Source: Actinomycetota bacterium
GTDB lineage: Bacteria > Actinomycetota > Actinomycetes > S36-B12
NCBI GenBank assembly: GCA_003456155.1
Contig: DMPC01000164.1
Location: 1,378 to 65,377 of the forward strand
Reading direction: 5' to 3'
DNA length: 64,000 bases
The notes beneath the pieces are model-generated. The model searched no databases, had not been told where the DNA came from, and saw only the letters and a program-made list of their open reading frames with translations. The translations under genes and the position numbers were made by a program. This document shows, piece by piece, positions 26,553 through 35,970 of the stretch; position 1 is the stretch's first letter, and each line of letters opens with the position of its first letter.

Positions 26553-27182
26553 ATGGTCCATCAGCGTGTGGCGGACAAGCGCAAGGAGATCATCGACTCA
26601 GCTGCGGCGCTGTTCGAGACCGAGGGCTACACCATCACCACCATGGCTGCCATTGCGCGTGCCTCAGGCCTCGCCAAGGCGAGCCTTTACCACTACTTTG
26701 CCAGCAAGGACGAGATCCTCTTCGCCATTCACGAGGAGTTCATCGGCCTGCTGATCTCCCGCCGGGACCAGAGGGCGGCGACGGGGCTGAATCCCGAGGA
26801 CGAACTGCGCGAGGTGTTCGGAGATGTGTTCGAACTTATGGATTCTCACCGTGGACACGTGCGCGTCTTCTTCGAGCACTACCGGGAACTGCCCGCGGCC
26901 CAGCAGCGCGTGATCCGGGCGAAAAGGGACAACTACGAGTCCTGGGTCGAGGACACAGTACGGGCAGGTGCTGCCTCTGGATCCTTCCGCGACGTGGACC
27001 CCCGTTTGGTCACCCTCGCCCTCTTCGGCATGGCCAACTGGTCGTACCAGTGGTACCGAAGTGGAGGGCCACTCACATCCCGACAGATCGCTGTTCACTT
27101 CTGGGACTATCTCATCCGTGGCATCGAGGGCCCCGGCCCTCTGGCTTCTCCCTCGTCATGGACCGAGGCGCTGGTTCAGTGA
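26553..27182 (+). CDS. TetR/AcrR family transcriptional regulator
   Basis: Track ORF 26496..27182. Met20 start is preceded by GGGAGGGGGG. HTH is TTMAAIARASGLAKASLYHYFASKDEIL. Confidence 0.85.
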   Translation: MVHQRVADKRKEIIDSAAALFETEGYTITTMAAIARASGLAKASLYHYFASKDEILFAIHEEFIGLLISRRDQRAATGLNPEDELREVFGDVFELMDSHRGHVRVFFEHYRELPAAQQRVIRAKRDNYESWVEDTVRAGAASGSFRDVDPRLVTLALFGMANWSYQWYRSGGPLTSRQIAVHFWDYLIRGIEGPGPLASPSSWTEALVQ

Positions 27183-28315
27183 CCTCCCCACAAAACCGAC
27201 CCACGGGTCGGTTTTCCTCTCTCGATGGCCAAGCGCACCAAGACAGCCCACCCGGCCTACCCCTGGAGCTGCTCACCCCCTGGCTGTCAAGGCATGTCCC
27301 GGTACTCGACTCCTCTGCTCCGCTCACGGCACGGTTGCTGACCGGCGGCCGATCGAACCTGACGTACGAGATTGTCGACGCGGCCGGTCAGCGGTTCGCC
27401 CTGCGTCGCCCCCCTCTGGGCCATGTCATGCCAAGAGCACATGACATGGCCCGCGAGTATCGCGTCCTAGCCGGACTAGGAGCCGTGAACTTCGCCGTAC
27501 CAGACGTGCATGCGCTCTGCGAGGACGAGACCGTCATGGGAGTGCCGTTCATGCTCATGGGATTCGTCGACGGCCGCGTGATCGCCGACAGCGCGGACAC
27601 CGCGACACTCACACCGGAGCAGGCAGACACCGTCTCCGCCACCCTCATCGCAGGCCTTGCAGCACTCCATAAGGTGGACATCGCTTCTGCGGGACTTTCG
27701 GACTTCGGTCGACCGGAGGGCTACTTGCAGCGCCAGGTCGCGTTGTGGGGTCGCCAGTGGGAGAACACCAAGACGCGAGACATGCCGGAGATCGAAGCCC
27801 TGGCGCGGTGGTTGGCCCAACACGTGGCATACCTTCCGACCCTGCTTCCCACGTCCCTCGTGCATGGTGACTACCGGCTGGACAACGTCATCCTCGACCC
27901 AGGTCTGCGCAGTCTGCGCGCAGTGCTCGATTGGGAGATGTCCACACTGGGCGACCCCGTTACCGACCTGGCGATCACCCTCGTCTACTGGACGGAGTCC
28001 GGCGACGTGCTGCGCAGGGCCGTTCCGGTCGCACAGGACCTGATGTCCGGTCCCGGCTTCTGGTCACGTGAGCGAGTGATCGACGAGTACGCGAGCGCCA
28101 CAGGCTTCGACCTCTCCCATCTTCAGTTCGCAGTGGCTCTCGCCTGCTACAAGCTTGCCGTGATCATGGAGTCCATCCATTACCGGAGCCGAGCCGGACA
28201 CCAGATGGGAGCCACGACAGAACGCAACGAGGACATGGGTGCCGCCGCAGAGGGCCTTGCGGCGCTTGGCGTAGAGGTCATGAGCCGCGGGGCGCTCGAG
28301 GGCTTGCGTGCCTAG
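27179..28315 (+). CDS. Phosphotransferase-family (APH/ChoK-like) kinase
   Basis: 3' part of track ORF 26480..28315. GTG at 27179 overlaps the TetR TGA (alternative ATG at 27158). Catalytic loop LVHGDYRLDNVIL and metal motif VLDWEMSTLGDP. Confidence 0.8.
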   Translation: MTSPQNRPTGRFSSLDGQAHQDSPPGLPLELLTPWLSRHVPVLDSSAPLTARLLTGGRSNLTYEIVDAAGQRFALRRPPLGHVMPRAHDMAREYRVLAGLGAVNFAVPDVHALCEDETVMGVPFMLMGFVDGRVIADSADTATLTPEQADTVSATLIAGLAALHKVDIASAGLSDFGRPEGYLQRQVALWGRQWENTKTRDMPEIEALARWLAQHVAYLPTLLPTSLVHGDYRLDNVILDPGLRSLRAVLDWEMSTLGDPVTDLAITLVYWTESGDVLRRAVPVAQDLMSGPGFWSRERVIDEYASATGFDLSHLQFAVALACYKLAVIMESIHYRSRAGHQMGATTERNEDMGAAAEGLAALGVEVMSRGALEGLRA

Positions 28316-29070
28316 CCGGGGCGGAAATCACCAGAGATCGTGATCCCGCCATCGGCCGAGAGCATGATGCCGGTCACGAAGGATGCATCCGAGGAAGCAA
28401 GGAAGGACGCAACACCAGCGATCTCTTCGGGTCTGCCGAGTCGACGCAGAGGTGTCCTTCGAAGGATTGCCTCCTCAGCAAGAACTCCCTGATCGAACCC
28501 TGACCGCATGAGGTCCGTGTCGATGTAGCCGGGCGCAATGGCGACCACGCGAATCCCATGCTCGCCCCACTCTGCGGCGAGCGTTCGAGTGAGGCCGGTG
28601 ATCCCACTCTTCGTCGTGCTGTATGCGAGCCGGAGAGGAAGCCCGAAGGTCGAGGCGACCGATGCCAAGTTGATGATCACCGCGTTGTCGCCCTGCTGAA
28701 GAAGCGGGAAGGCAGAGCGGCAGCACCGCATCGTTCCCCCGAGGTTCACATCCAGCTCACGCTGCCATCCTGAGGTCTCGGTCTCCTCTGCCGGACGCCT
28801 GCTGATGATTCCCGCACTGTTGACGAGGACGTCCAGCCGACCGAAGCGCTCCTGAACCTCTGAAACGGCGTGGGCGACGCTTTCGTCCAGCGTCACATCC
28901 ATGACGATCCCGATCGACTCGTCCGCAGAGCCCAGTTCCTCCGCCAGCGCCACCGCCCCGACGCCGTTGACATCGGCAATCGCAACAGCGAGCCCGTCCA
29001 GCCGGAGGCGCCGTGCGACCGCAGCGCCCAGGCCCTGGGCGCCACCGGTCACGAGCGCGACCCGAGGCAT
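28312..29070 (-). CDS. SDR family oxidoreductase (candidate secondary-alcohol/cycloalkanol dehydrogenase)
   Basis: Track ORF 28312..29205. Start moved to Met46 (MPRVALVTGGAQGLGAAVA). Catalytic YSTTKSG. Divergent from the BVMO gene. Confidence 0.8.
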   Translation of the reverse strand: MPRVALVTGGAQGLGAAVARRLRLDGLAVAIADVNGVGAVALAEELGSADESIGIVMDVTLDESVAHAVSEVQERFGRLDVLVNSAGIISRRPAEETETSGWQRELDVNLGGTMRCCRSAFPLLQQGDNAVIINLASVASTFGLPLRLAYSTTKSGITGLTRTLAAEWGEHGIRVVAIAPGYIDTDLMRSGFDQGVLAEEAILRRTPLRRLGRPEEIAGVASFLASSDASFVTGIMLSADGGITISGDFRPG

Positions 29071-29144
29071 GGGAGGAGGGTCGCAGCCGACGATGGCCGC
29101 CCACTGACCCAGTTTCGGACGCCTGTCTCTCCCGCTCTGGCGAC

Positions 29145-29163
29145 GTGTCCAGAGATGGGACAC
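29145..29163. promoter_or_regulatory. Candidate operator: perfect dyad GTGTCC-N7-GGACAC carrying a GATGGGACACCC box
   Basis: Read directly as acGTGTCCAGAGATGGGACACcc. It is centred about 85 bp from both divergent starts (29070 minus, 29243 plus). It shares the 10-mer TGGGACACCC with the site at 7009. Confidence 0.4.
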
Positions 29164-29242
29164 CCGCCGCTGAACGAGGGTCTCAGGATGAAGTCTGCCG
29201 CCCAAGACGGGGCACGATGGCTCGGCTCGATGAGAGAGGACC

Positions 29243-30871
29243 GTGGAAGCGATGCCGGATGTAGTGGATGTCGATGTTGTCGTTATCGGTACGGGATTCA
29301 GCGGTATCTACGCCCTTCACAAGCTTCGGGATGGGCTGGGGCTGAACGTCCAGTCCTTCGAGGAGGCCGATGGCGTCGGCGGCACGTGGTACTGGAACAC
29401 ATATCCGGGCGCCCGCTCCGACACAGAAGTCAACGCCTACTGCTATCTCACCGACAAGGAGCTCTTCGAGGAATGGAAGTGGAGTGAGCGGTACCCGCGC
29501 CAGAAGGAGATCCTCGCCTACCTCAACCACTGCACTGACCGATGGGATCTTCGCCGCAGCATCCAGTTCAGCACACGGATCGAGAGCACTCGTTTCAACG
29601 AGGAGACTGGCCGCTGGGAGATCGAGACGAACAAGGGTCAGAAGTTCACGGCGCAGTTCGTGATTGAGGGAGTGGGTCTGCTCTCCTCCACGAACTACCC
29701 GGATTTCCCGGGCCAGAGCACCTTTGCCGGGCAGATCTACCACACCGCCCGCTGGCCCAAGGAGAAGGTGGACGTCACGGGCAAGCGCGTCGGCGTGATC
29801 GGTACAGGATCGAGCGGCACTCAGGTGATCGTCGAGATGGGGAAGGAGGCACAAGAGCTCTTTGTCTTCCAGCGGACACCGCAGTACTGCGTGCCTGCCA
29901 ACCACGGCCCGCTCGACCCGGAGAAGATGAAGCGGATCCTTGATGACTTCGAGGGCTACCGCGAGTCGGTTCTGCGATCCATCACCTCGTTCGGCTTCGA
30001 AGAGAGCCCGGTCCCGGCCATGAGCGTGTCCGCGGAGGAGCGCGAACGGGTGTTCGAGGACTCCTGGAGACAAGGGAACGGATTCCGGTTCATGTTCGCC
30101 TCGTTCAGCGACATTGGGGTGGACCCGGAGGCAAACAAGGCGGCCACCGACTTCCTGAAGAAGAAGATGGCCGAGACCATCAAGGACAAGAAGACTCTGG
30201 AGACGCTTACTCCCAAGGACCTCTGGGCCAAGAGGCCGCTGTGCAATGACGGCTACTTCGAGACCTTCAACAAGGATCATGTGCACCTTGTCGACGTCAA
30301 GGCAGATCCGATTGCAGCGATCACCGAGAAGGGGATCCGGCTCGAGAGCGGCGCCGAGTACGAGCTTGACGTCATTGTCCTTGCCACAGGGTTCGATGCA
30401 GTCTCAGGCATGTACCTGAAGATCGACCAGACAGGGCGCAAGGGCATCACCCTCCAGCAGAAGTGGGAGGAACGGCCACGCACCGCCTACGGGATGATGA
30501 GTGCCGGTTTCCCGAACATGTTCATGGTCTATGGCCCCATGGGACCGTTCACCAACCAGCCGCCGGTCCACGAATGGCAGGTGGACTGGATGGCTGACGC
30601 GATTCAGTACGTCCGAGACAATGGACTGCAGACCATTGAGCCCACCGAGGAGTTCGAGGAGGAGTGGATGCAGACCTGCGATGACATCGCCTACCAGACA
30701 CTCTTCATGAAGGTGAACTCCTGGATCAATGGTTCCAATGTCGTCGGCAAGCCTGTGACGAACTACTTCTACATGGGCGGCATGGGCGCCTACAACGATG
30801 TGGTCGGCGGGGCCAAGGAAGCCGGCTACCCCGGCTTCCGCACTGGCGGGGCCCTGTCGCATTCGGCGTAG
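29243..30871 (+). CDS. Type I Baeyer-Villiger monooxygenase (cyclohexanone/phenylacetone monooxygenase-like flavoprotein)
   Basis: 542 aa. FAD Rossmann VVIGTGFSG, the GGTWYWNTYPGARSD motif, BVMO fingerprint FAGQIYHTARWP (FxGxxxHxxxWP), and NADPH Rossmann GVIGTGSSG. Confidence 0.9.
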   Translation: MEAMPDVVDVDVVVIGTGFSGIYALHKLRDGLGLNVQSFEEADGVGGTWYWNTYPGARSDTEVNAYCYLTDKELFEEWKWSERYPRQKEILAYLNHCTDRWDLRRSIQFSTRIESTRFNEETGRWEIETNKGQKFTAQFVIEGVGLLSSTNYPDFPGQSTFAGQIYHTARWPKEKVDVTGKRVGVIGTGSSGTQVIVEMGKEAQELFVFQRTPQYCVPANHGPLDPEKMKRILDDFEGYRESVLRSITSFGFEESPVPAMSVSAEERERVFEDSWRQGNGFRFMFASFSDIGVDPEANKAATDFLKKKMAETIKDKKTLETLTPKDLWAKRPLCNDGYFETFNKDHVHLVDVKADPIAAITEKGIRLESGAEYELDVIVLATGFDAVSGMYLKIDQTGRKGITLQQKWEERPRTAYGMMSAGFPNMFMVYGPMGPFTNQPPVHEWQVDWMADAIQYVRDNGLQTIEPTEEFEEEWMQTCDDIAYQTLFMKVNSWINGSNVVGKPVTNYFYMGGMGAYNDVVGGAKEAGYPGFRTGGALSHSA

Positions 30872-30873
30872 CC

Positions 30874-31770
30874 ATGGGACTCGGAAAGGGGGCTGAGGAA
30901 GGTGGCCCAGCCCCCTTTCACACGCTGATCAGCGTTGCGGAGTTCCATGAGCATCGCGATGCGACGTGGGTCGTCATCGATGCCCGGCACGATCTCCACG
31001 ACCCCCGAGCGGGTCATGCCGGCTACGAGAGCGGGCACATACCCGGAGCGATATTCGCGCATCTGGATCGTGACCTGACGGGCATTCGGGTCCCAGGCGA
31101 GACCGGTCGCCGCCCTCTGCCGGAGGCCGGTGACCTCACCGAGGCCATCCGCCGCTGGGGTATCGGCCCCCGAACCCAGGTCGTCGTCTACGACAATCAT
31201 GGCGGCTCCATGGCTGCAGCCCGCCTCTGGGTGCTGTTGCGCTGGCTCGGACACGAGGACGCTGCTGTGCTCGATGGCGGATTGGGGGCTTGGCAGGCAG
31301 CTGGCCTCCCCTTGTCACGGGCGGTGCCTCGACCGACCCATGGGGCCTTCGAGCCACGTCTTCAGCCTCACTGGATAGCGGACACCGATCAGGTCCGATC
31401 GGCACTCATCGATCCACACACTGTCCTGATCGATGCACGACCCACCGAGGTGTACCGGGGAACTCAGCCGTCCGAGGACCGGGTGCCGGGCCACATCCCC
31501 GGGGCACGATGCCTACCTCTGCAGGCGATCCAAGCACCGGACGGCACACTCGCCTCAGCACAGACTCTGGTCCTGCGCTACCAGTCACTGGGGGCATTGG
31601 ACGAGCCGGTCACCACGCGAATTGCCTATTGCGGGGGTGGCGTGTGGTCAGCACAGCATGTGCTGGCCATGACGCATGCCGGAATCATGGATGCACGGCT
31701 CTATATCGGATCGTGGAGCGAGTGGATTGCCAGCGGGGATCGTCCCGCCCAGACGTCATTGGCCTCCTAG
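30874..31770 (+). CDS. Two-domain rhodanese sulfurtransferase (thiosulfate/3-mercaptopyruvate sulfurtransferase-like)
   Basis: 298 aa, ATG 2 nt after the BVMO stop. GHIPGA appears in both halves. Active-site loop is AYCGGGVWSAQH. Confidence 0.8.
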   Translation: MGLGKGAEEGGPAPFHTLISVAEFHEHRDATWVVIDARHDLHDPRAGHAGYESGHIPGAIFAHLDRDLTGIRVPGETGRRPLPEAGDLTEAIRRWGIGPRTQVVVYDNHGGSMAAARLWVLLRWLGHEDAAVLDGGLGAWQAAGLPLSRAVPRPTHGAFEPRLQPHWIADTDQVRSALIDPHTVLIDARPTEVYRGTQPSEDRVPGHIPGARCLPLQAIQAPDGTLASAQTLVLRYQSLGALDEPVTTRIAYCGGGVWSAQHVLAMTHAGIMDARLYIGSWSEWIASGDRPAQTSLAS

Positions 31771-31808
31771 CACCACCCTTCTGCCAGGCGAGAGACGGAG
31801 AGGTGCGT

Positions 31809-31822
31809 GCCCCGGCCGGGGC
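31809..31822. terminator. Possible bidirectional terminator hairpin (palindrome GCCCCGGCCGGGGC)
   Basis: Read directly. It sits between the convergent stops at 31770 and 31881. The stem is short with a weak T-run (ttcgg). Confidence 0.25.
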
Positions 31823-31880
31823 TTCGGACCGGACCGATGCCCCCCGAACCATCGCTGCATGGCCCGTACATGGTGACCGA

Positions 31881-33179
31881 TCAATCGGCTGCCTCGCTCG
31901 CGAGAACATCGCGGGTGACAGCAACAATCTCTTCGACGTTGCGGCGGGAGAAGGGGAGCGGAGGTCGAATCTTGATCGATGTGTTGTCCGGTCCACACTG
32001 ACCGACAAGGATTCCGGCGCGGCGATAGGCATTCAACGCTCGTAGACATGCCTTCGGGTCCAGCTCACCCTTCGCATCAGCGAACTCAATTGCCGCGAAG
32101 AGGCCACTCCCCCGAACCCGCGCGCGCGCTCCGCTAGCACGGGCAACGGAGCGCAGGCCCCCTTGCAGTTCAGCGCCCACGAGGCCAGCATGGTCGAGCA
32201 GACATTCATCCTTGATGACGTCAAGAACCGCCTCTGCCGCAGCCATGCAGACCGGGTTGCCCCCGTAGGTGTTGAAATAGCGCCCCTGGGATCCGAACCC
32301 GTCCACCAGCTCCGCGGTTCCCACGATCCCTGCCACGGGAAGGCCATTGGCCATGGACTTTCCCATGACGACGAGGTCCGGAGTCACTCCTTGGCGCTGG
32401 TGCCCCCAGAAGTGCGTCCCGGTTCGGCAGAAGCCGGCCTGCACCTCATCGGCGATCACGATTCCACCTGCGGCCTGCGCCTCCCGGGAGGCGGGCCCCA
32501 GCAGGCCCTCTGGCTCCAACCACACGCCGTCCGAAGCGAGCGCCATGTCCAGGAGAAGGGCGGAGAACCCGAATTCCGATCTCTGGAGGTCATCGATTGC
32601 CTCGCGCACGATTCGGGCGAATGCCTCGCCACGGTCCTCGTCATTGATCTCGCGAGGGAACGTCACGGTCCGGATCCACGGTTCCCGCTGCCAGGACGCG
32701 CCCAGAGAGGGGGTTACGGACGCAGCCAGTGCGGTCACTCCGTGATAGGCATGGGATGAGATGACTATGCCCTGAGGTCGTCCAGGCATGCGTGCCATGC
32801 GCAAAGCCAAGTCGATCGCCTCGCTGCCGGTACACGTGAACATGCTCCGTTCGAGAGGCTCATCGAAGGTGGCCAGCAGCTTCTCCGCATATCTGACGAT
32901 GTCCTCGGTGAGGTAGCGCGTGTGCGTATTCAGGATGGCAGCCTGCCGACACTGCGCCTCCACCACTCGAGGATGACAGTGACCGACTACGGGAACGTTG
33001 TTGTAAGCGTCCAGCAGTCGGGAACCGTCCGCCTCGATGATCTCGACACCCAAGGCGCGGACCGGCACCACGGGTGACTCATAGAACAGGCGGTAGGCGC
33101 GTCCCAAGACCTTCTGGCGGCGTTGCAGCAAATCCTCGCGCATCTCGGAGCGTCCCAGATCCTCGGGCAGCGGTGTCAC
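31881..33179 (-). CDS. Class III PLP-dependent aminotransferase-fold enzyme, AGXT2L (phospho-lyase)-like
   Basis: Track ORF 31881..33512. Start set at GTG 33179, which overlaps the kinase TGA (alternative ATG at 33143). Motifs AYNNVPVVGHCHPRVV, LNTHTRYL, HAYHG, DEVQAGFCRTG, and PLP-Lys context VMGKSMANGLPV. Confidence 0.8.
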   Translation of the reverse strand: MTPLPEDLGRSEMREDLLQRRQKVLGRAYRLFYESPVVPVRALGVEIIEADGSRLLDAYNNVPVVGHCHPRVVEAQCRQAAILNTHTRYLTEDIVRYAEKLLATFDEPLERSMFTCTGSEAIDLALRMARMPGRPQGIVISSHAYHGVTALAASVTPSLGASWQREPWIRTVTFPREINDEDRGEAFARIVREAIDDLQRSEFGFSALLLDMALASDGVWLEPEGLLGPASREAQAAGGIVIADEVQAGFCRTGTHFWGHQRQGVTPDLVVMGKSMANGLPVAGIVGTAELVDGFGSQGRYFNTYGGNPVCMAAAEAVLDVIKDECLLDHAGLVGAELQGGLRSVARASGARARVRGSGLFAAIEFADAKGELDPKACLRALNAYRRAGILVGQCGPDNTSIKIRPPLPFSRRNVEEIVAVTRDVLASEAAD

Positions 33180-34174
33180 GTCTTCACTCCTGTGCTCCTC
33201 CATGCCATGAGGGCATGGTCCTCGTTCAGGGCGCCCAGGGCATCCATCCGTCGACGGGCGCGATCCGCGTGCCTGAGCACGTACTCTGCCCTCTCCGGGC
33301 GATAGTGGGCTCGGGCGAGCGCATTGCCGAGAGCGAGGGCCAGACGACCCCGCATGAGTCCCGGAAGCACACGGAGTTCGTCGGGTCTGAGTGCAACGAC
33401 ACTGCCGTAGCCATGGATGAGAGACGCGAGCGCCGAATCCGGTGACGATGGGTCTCCTATGTCGGCAAGGTACGACCCGGTAACGGCAAGTTCGACGATG
33501 CGGGGTGCCCACACCGCATCGCCGAAGTCGATGAAGCCGACTCCTCCGCCGATCTGGAGAAGCACGTTGTCGGGATTGGCGTCATTGTGGATCGGCTGAC
33601 GCGGCAAGTCGTGCAACGCGGGGAGGACCGTGTCCTGAAGCTCCAGGAGAGACGCACGGATGCGCCCGTCATCCGAGCCCAGCGGCACCTGGTCGATGAG
33701 CGTCAGGGCTCCATCGGGTCGAGTGAGGTCCCACGGGGTTCGTCCTGATGACGAGGGAGCAGGCGCCTCTGCCAGGCACTGGTCCAGATGGGCGAGCCCT
33801 CGACCTACAACGGCGGCCGCCCCAGGCCGGTCGAGCAGCTCCGACCACGGCGTTCCGTGAACGAACGTCGTCACCCAACTGCGTCGCTCGTGTCCTGCTC
33901 CATCACGCATGAGGAGGTCGATGGCGCCGTCTGTGGCGGGCACGAGGGCTGGGCACGCGATGGCAGAACCCTCGAGAGCCCGAAGCAGCGCCAGGACAAA
34001 ACGGTCACGCTCCTCCTCCTGATCACGAGCGACGACTCGAAGGACAGACCGCTCCCCGGCCGAGTCGACGAGGAAGTTGTCGTCATGCTCGCCCGGGAGG
34101 CAGGAGACGGTGCCCCCCATTCCGTACCTCGCGCGCAAGTGGTCCACCACGAGGTCGAGGGGCATTCCCGTCAC
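33176..34174 (-). CDS. APH/homoserine-kinase-II-type small-molecule kinase (hydroxylysine/amino-alcohol kinase-like)
   Basis: 332 aa. GTG start 2 nt after the hyuB stop. Catalytic loop QPIHNDANPDNVLL and metal motif GFIDFGD. Confidence 0.75.
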   Translation of the reverse strand: MTGMPLDLVVDHLRARYGMGGTVSCLPGEHDDNFLVDSAGERSVLRVVARDQEEERDRFVLALLRALEGSAIACPALVPATDGAIDLLMRDGAGHERRSWVTTFVHGTPWSELLDRPGAAAVVGRGLAHLDQCLAEAPAPSSSGRTPWDLTRPDGALTLIDQVPLGSDDGRIRASLLELQDTVLPALHDLPRQPIHNDANPDNVLLQIGGGVGFIDFGDAVWAPRIVELAVTGSYLADIGDPSSPDSALASLIHGYGSVVALRPDELRVLPGLMRGRLALALGNALARAHYRPERAEYVLRHADRARRRMDALGALNEDHALMAWRSTGVKT

Positions 34175-34176
34175 GA

Positions 34177-35970
34177 TCAGCCCACGCCTGAGGCCTGGTG
34201 CCGCTGGCGGAGCTCTCGAGTCGCGACGTCGTCCACCTGAAGGCTGTCGTCGAGCGTCGTGCCGGTGAAGATCACCCCATAGACATCCCTTGCGCGCTCG
34301 GGGCTGACAAATCGGGCGAGGACGTCCAGCCGGACGGATTCGGGCTCCCGCTCGTATGGGCTGCCGTAGCCACCTCCCCCACTGAGGCGGTGCCCGAGGG
34401 TCTCTCCTACCGACATCGTCACGCCCCCAACGGCCGGAACCGGGTGCTCCTGCCCAAGGGGGTCGAGCAGAAAGGGCTCCTGCGGTGCGGCATCTCCTCC
34501 TCCTTGGGCACCGCGAGGCGGGTAGACGACTCCGTCGTTCGCATAGAAGGCCTGCATGGTTCCCGTCTTCGGTCCGAACCTCAGCACCGTTCCCGGCGCC
34601 CCGCGTCGTCTCCCGGCCCCCTCGGAATCAGTCCTGATCCGCAGCTCCTCGATTCTGATCGGGTACTTCTGCTCGTCAATCTCGATGCTGTCGCGAAACA
34701 TCAGACCGTTGGTCACGGCATTTCCGTAGGTCAGCCAGCCATCCACCTCAGGGCCGCCAGGCCCTCCCTGCGAACCGAGAAAGACCTGGTTGACATAGGG
34801 GCGGGCGGGGACATGCCGCTCGTCCATTCCGGAGATGACCGAGAAGCCCGTTCCGACGCTGCAGGCGCCTTCCGCGAGCCCCATACCCCCCCAGTGGTCC
34901 GCAAAGGTCTTCTGCGTGATGGTGACAAGCCGCTCACCCAGATTGGTCGTCGCTACGGACGTCGAGTGCGGGAAGGTGGGAATGCCGACAACGCACCCCT
35001 CGCGCAGCAGGATGTCTATGCGGCGGAAGCTTCCGCTGTTGCGCGGGATATCCGCATCAAGGCTGTTCAGAAGCCCCGTCATCACGTTATTGCGAGAGCA
35101 GGTCTCGGACTCGTTGAGTCCAGCCTCGAGACAGTCGATGTTGTCGCGCAGGTCAAGGGTGATGCGCTGCTCACCGGGATCCACGGTGATCGTCACTTGG
35201 ATAGGAATTCCATCGGGCATCACAGGCTCCAGCGGATCAGCCATTCCATGACCCGTGACTGTCCCTGCCGAGAGCTTCCCGATGGCGTGAGCCATCTTTC
35301 GCTCGGAGTAGTCGAACCACTGCTCGATGAACGCCTTGACCGTGTCCTTGCCGTGGCGCTTGCACACCTCCTTGAGTGCCGATTCGCCGATGCGGGCGGC
35401 GCCAATCATTGCGAGGTAGTCGCCGTACCATTGCTCGGGTACACGGATCCGTCTCTTGCACATTCGGATGATGTCGTCAATGTCACGGCGATCCCGCTGC
35501 ACCCGAACAGCAGGGAAGATCAAGGCTCCTTCCTCGTAGATGTCCTTGGCGAAGGGCATGTAGGTCGTCGGCTGTGAGTTTCCGATGTCTGCCTGATGCG
35601 CCTTGGCGAGGGCAGTGAAGATGTGCTCTCCCTCATAGAAGACGGGGACGAGGATGGTGTGATCGGCTGCGTGAGTGTTGCCTAGGTATGGATCGTTGTG
35701 GAGAAAGGCGTCTCCTTCGGAGATGTCGTCATGAAACTCTGCCACGGCAGCGCCAAGGCGCTCCCCGCCGATGACGTGAACGGGAAGTCCTTCAGCGGTG
35801 GCCAGCAGTCGGTGATCTGCGGTGATGATGGAGCAGGAGAAGTCCCTCGCCATGTTGAGCACTGCCGATCGGCCGCTGCGCAGCAGCGTGTTCTCCATCT
35901 CGCGGACGATTCCATCCAGGCGATTCGCGATGACTGTCATCTGAACGAGGTCGATGTCAGGCATGCTCAT
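34177..35970 (-). CDS. hyuB: Hydantoinase B/oxoprolinase-family subunit (ATP-dependent amidohydrolase/carboxylase family)
   Basis: Track ORF 34177..35997. Start at Met10 (MSMPDIDLVQMTVIANRLDGIVREMENTL), overlapping the hyuA stop by 14 nt. About 597 aa, typical HyuB length. Confidence 0.8.
   Translation of the reverse strand: MSMPDIDLVQMTVIANRLDGIVREMENTLLRSGRSAVLNMARDFSCSIITADHRLLATAEGLPVHVIGGERLGAAVAEFHDDISEGDAFLHNDPYLGNTHAADHTILVPVFYEGEHIFTALAKAHQADIGNSQPTTYMPFAKDIYEEGALIFPAVRVQRDRRDIDDIIRMCKRRIRVPEQWYGDYLAMIGAARIGESALKEVCKRHGKDTVKAFIEQWFDYSERKMAHAIGKLSAGTVTGHGMADPLEPVMPDGIPIQVTITVDPGEQRITLDLRDNIDCLEAGLNESETCSRNNVMTGLLNSLDADIPRNSGSFRRIDILLREGCVVGIPTFPHSTSVATTNLGERLVTITQKTFADHWGGMGLAEGACSVGTGFSVISGMDERHVPARPYVNQVFLGSQGGPGGPEVDGWLTYGNAVTNGLMFRDSIEIDEQKYPIRIEELRIRTDSEGAGRRRGAPGTVLRFGPKTGTMQAFYANDGVVYPPRGAQGGGDAAPQEPFLLDPLGQEHPVPAVGGVTMSVGETLGHRLSGGGGYGSPYEREPESVRLDVLARFVSPERARDVYGVIFTGTTLDDSLQVDDVATRELRQRHQASGVG

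Noticed and set aside
26480-28315. A 611-aa ORF suggesting a large fusion protein upstream of the kinase domain. Similar N-terminal extensions occur in 13969..15642, 15125..16606, 31881..33512, 58529..59494, 59669..60469 and 62327..63622.
   Set aside because: The N-terminal extensions overlap well-supported neighbouring genes in other frames and are compositionally aberrant. Internal starts give canonical protein lengths, Shine-Dalgarno sites or 4-nt stop/start coupling.
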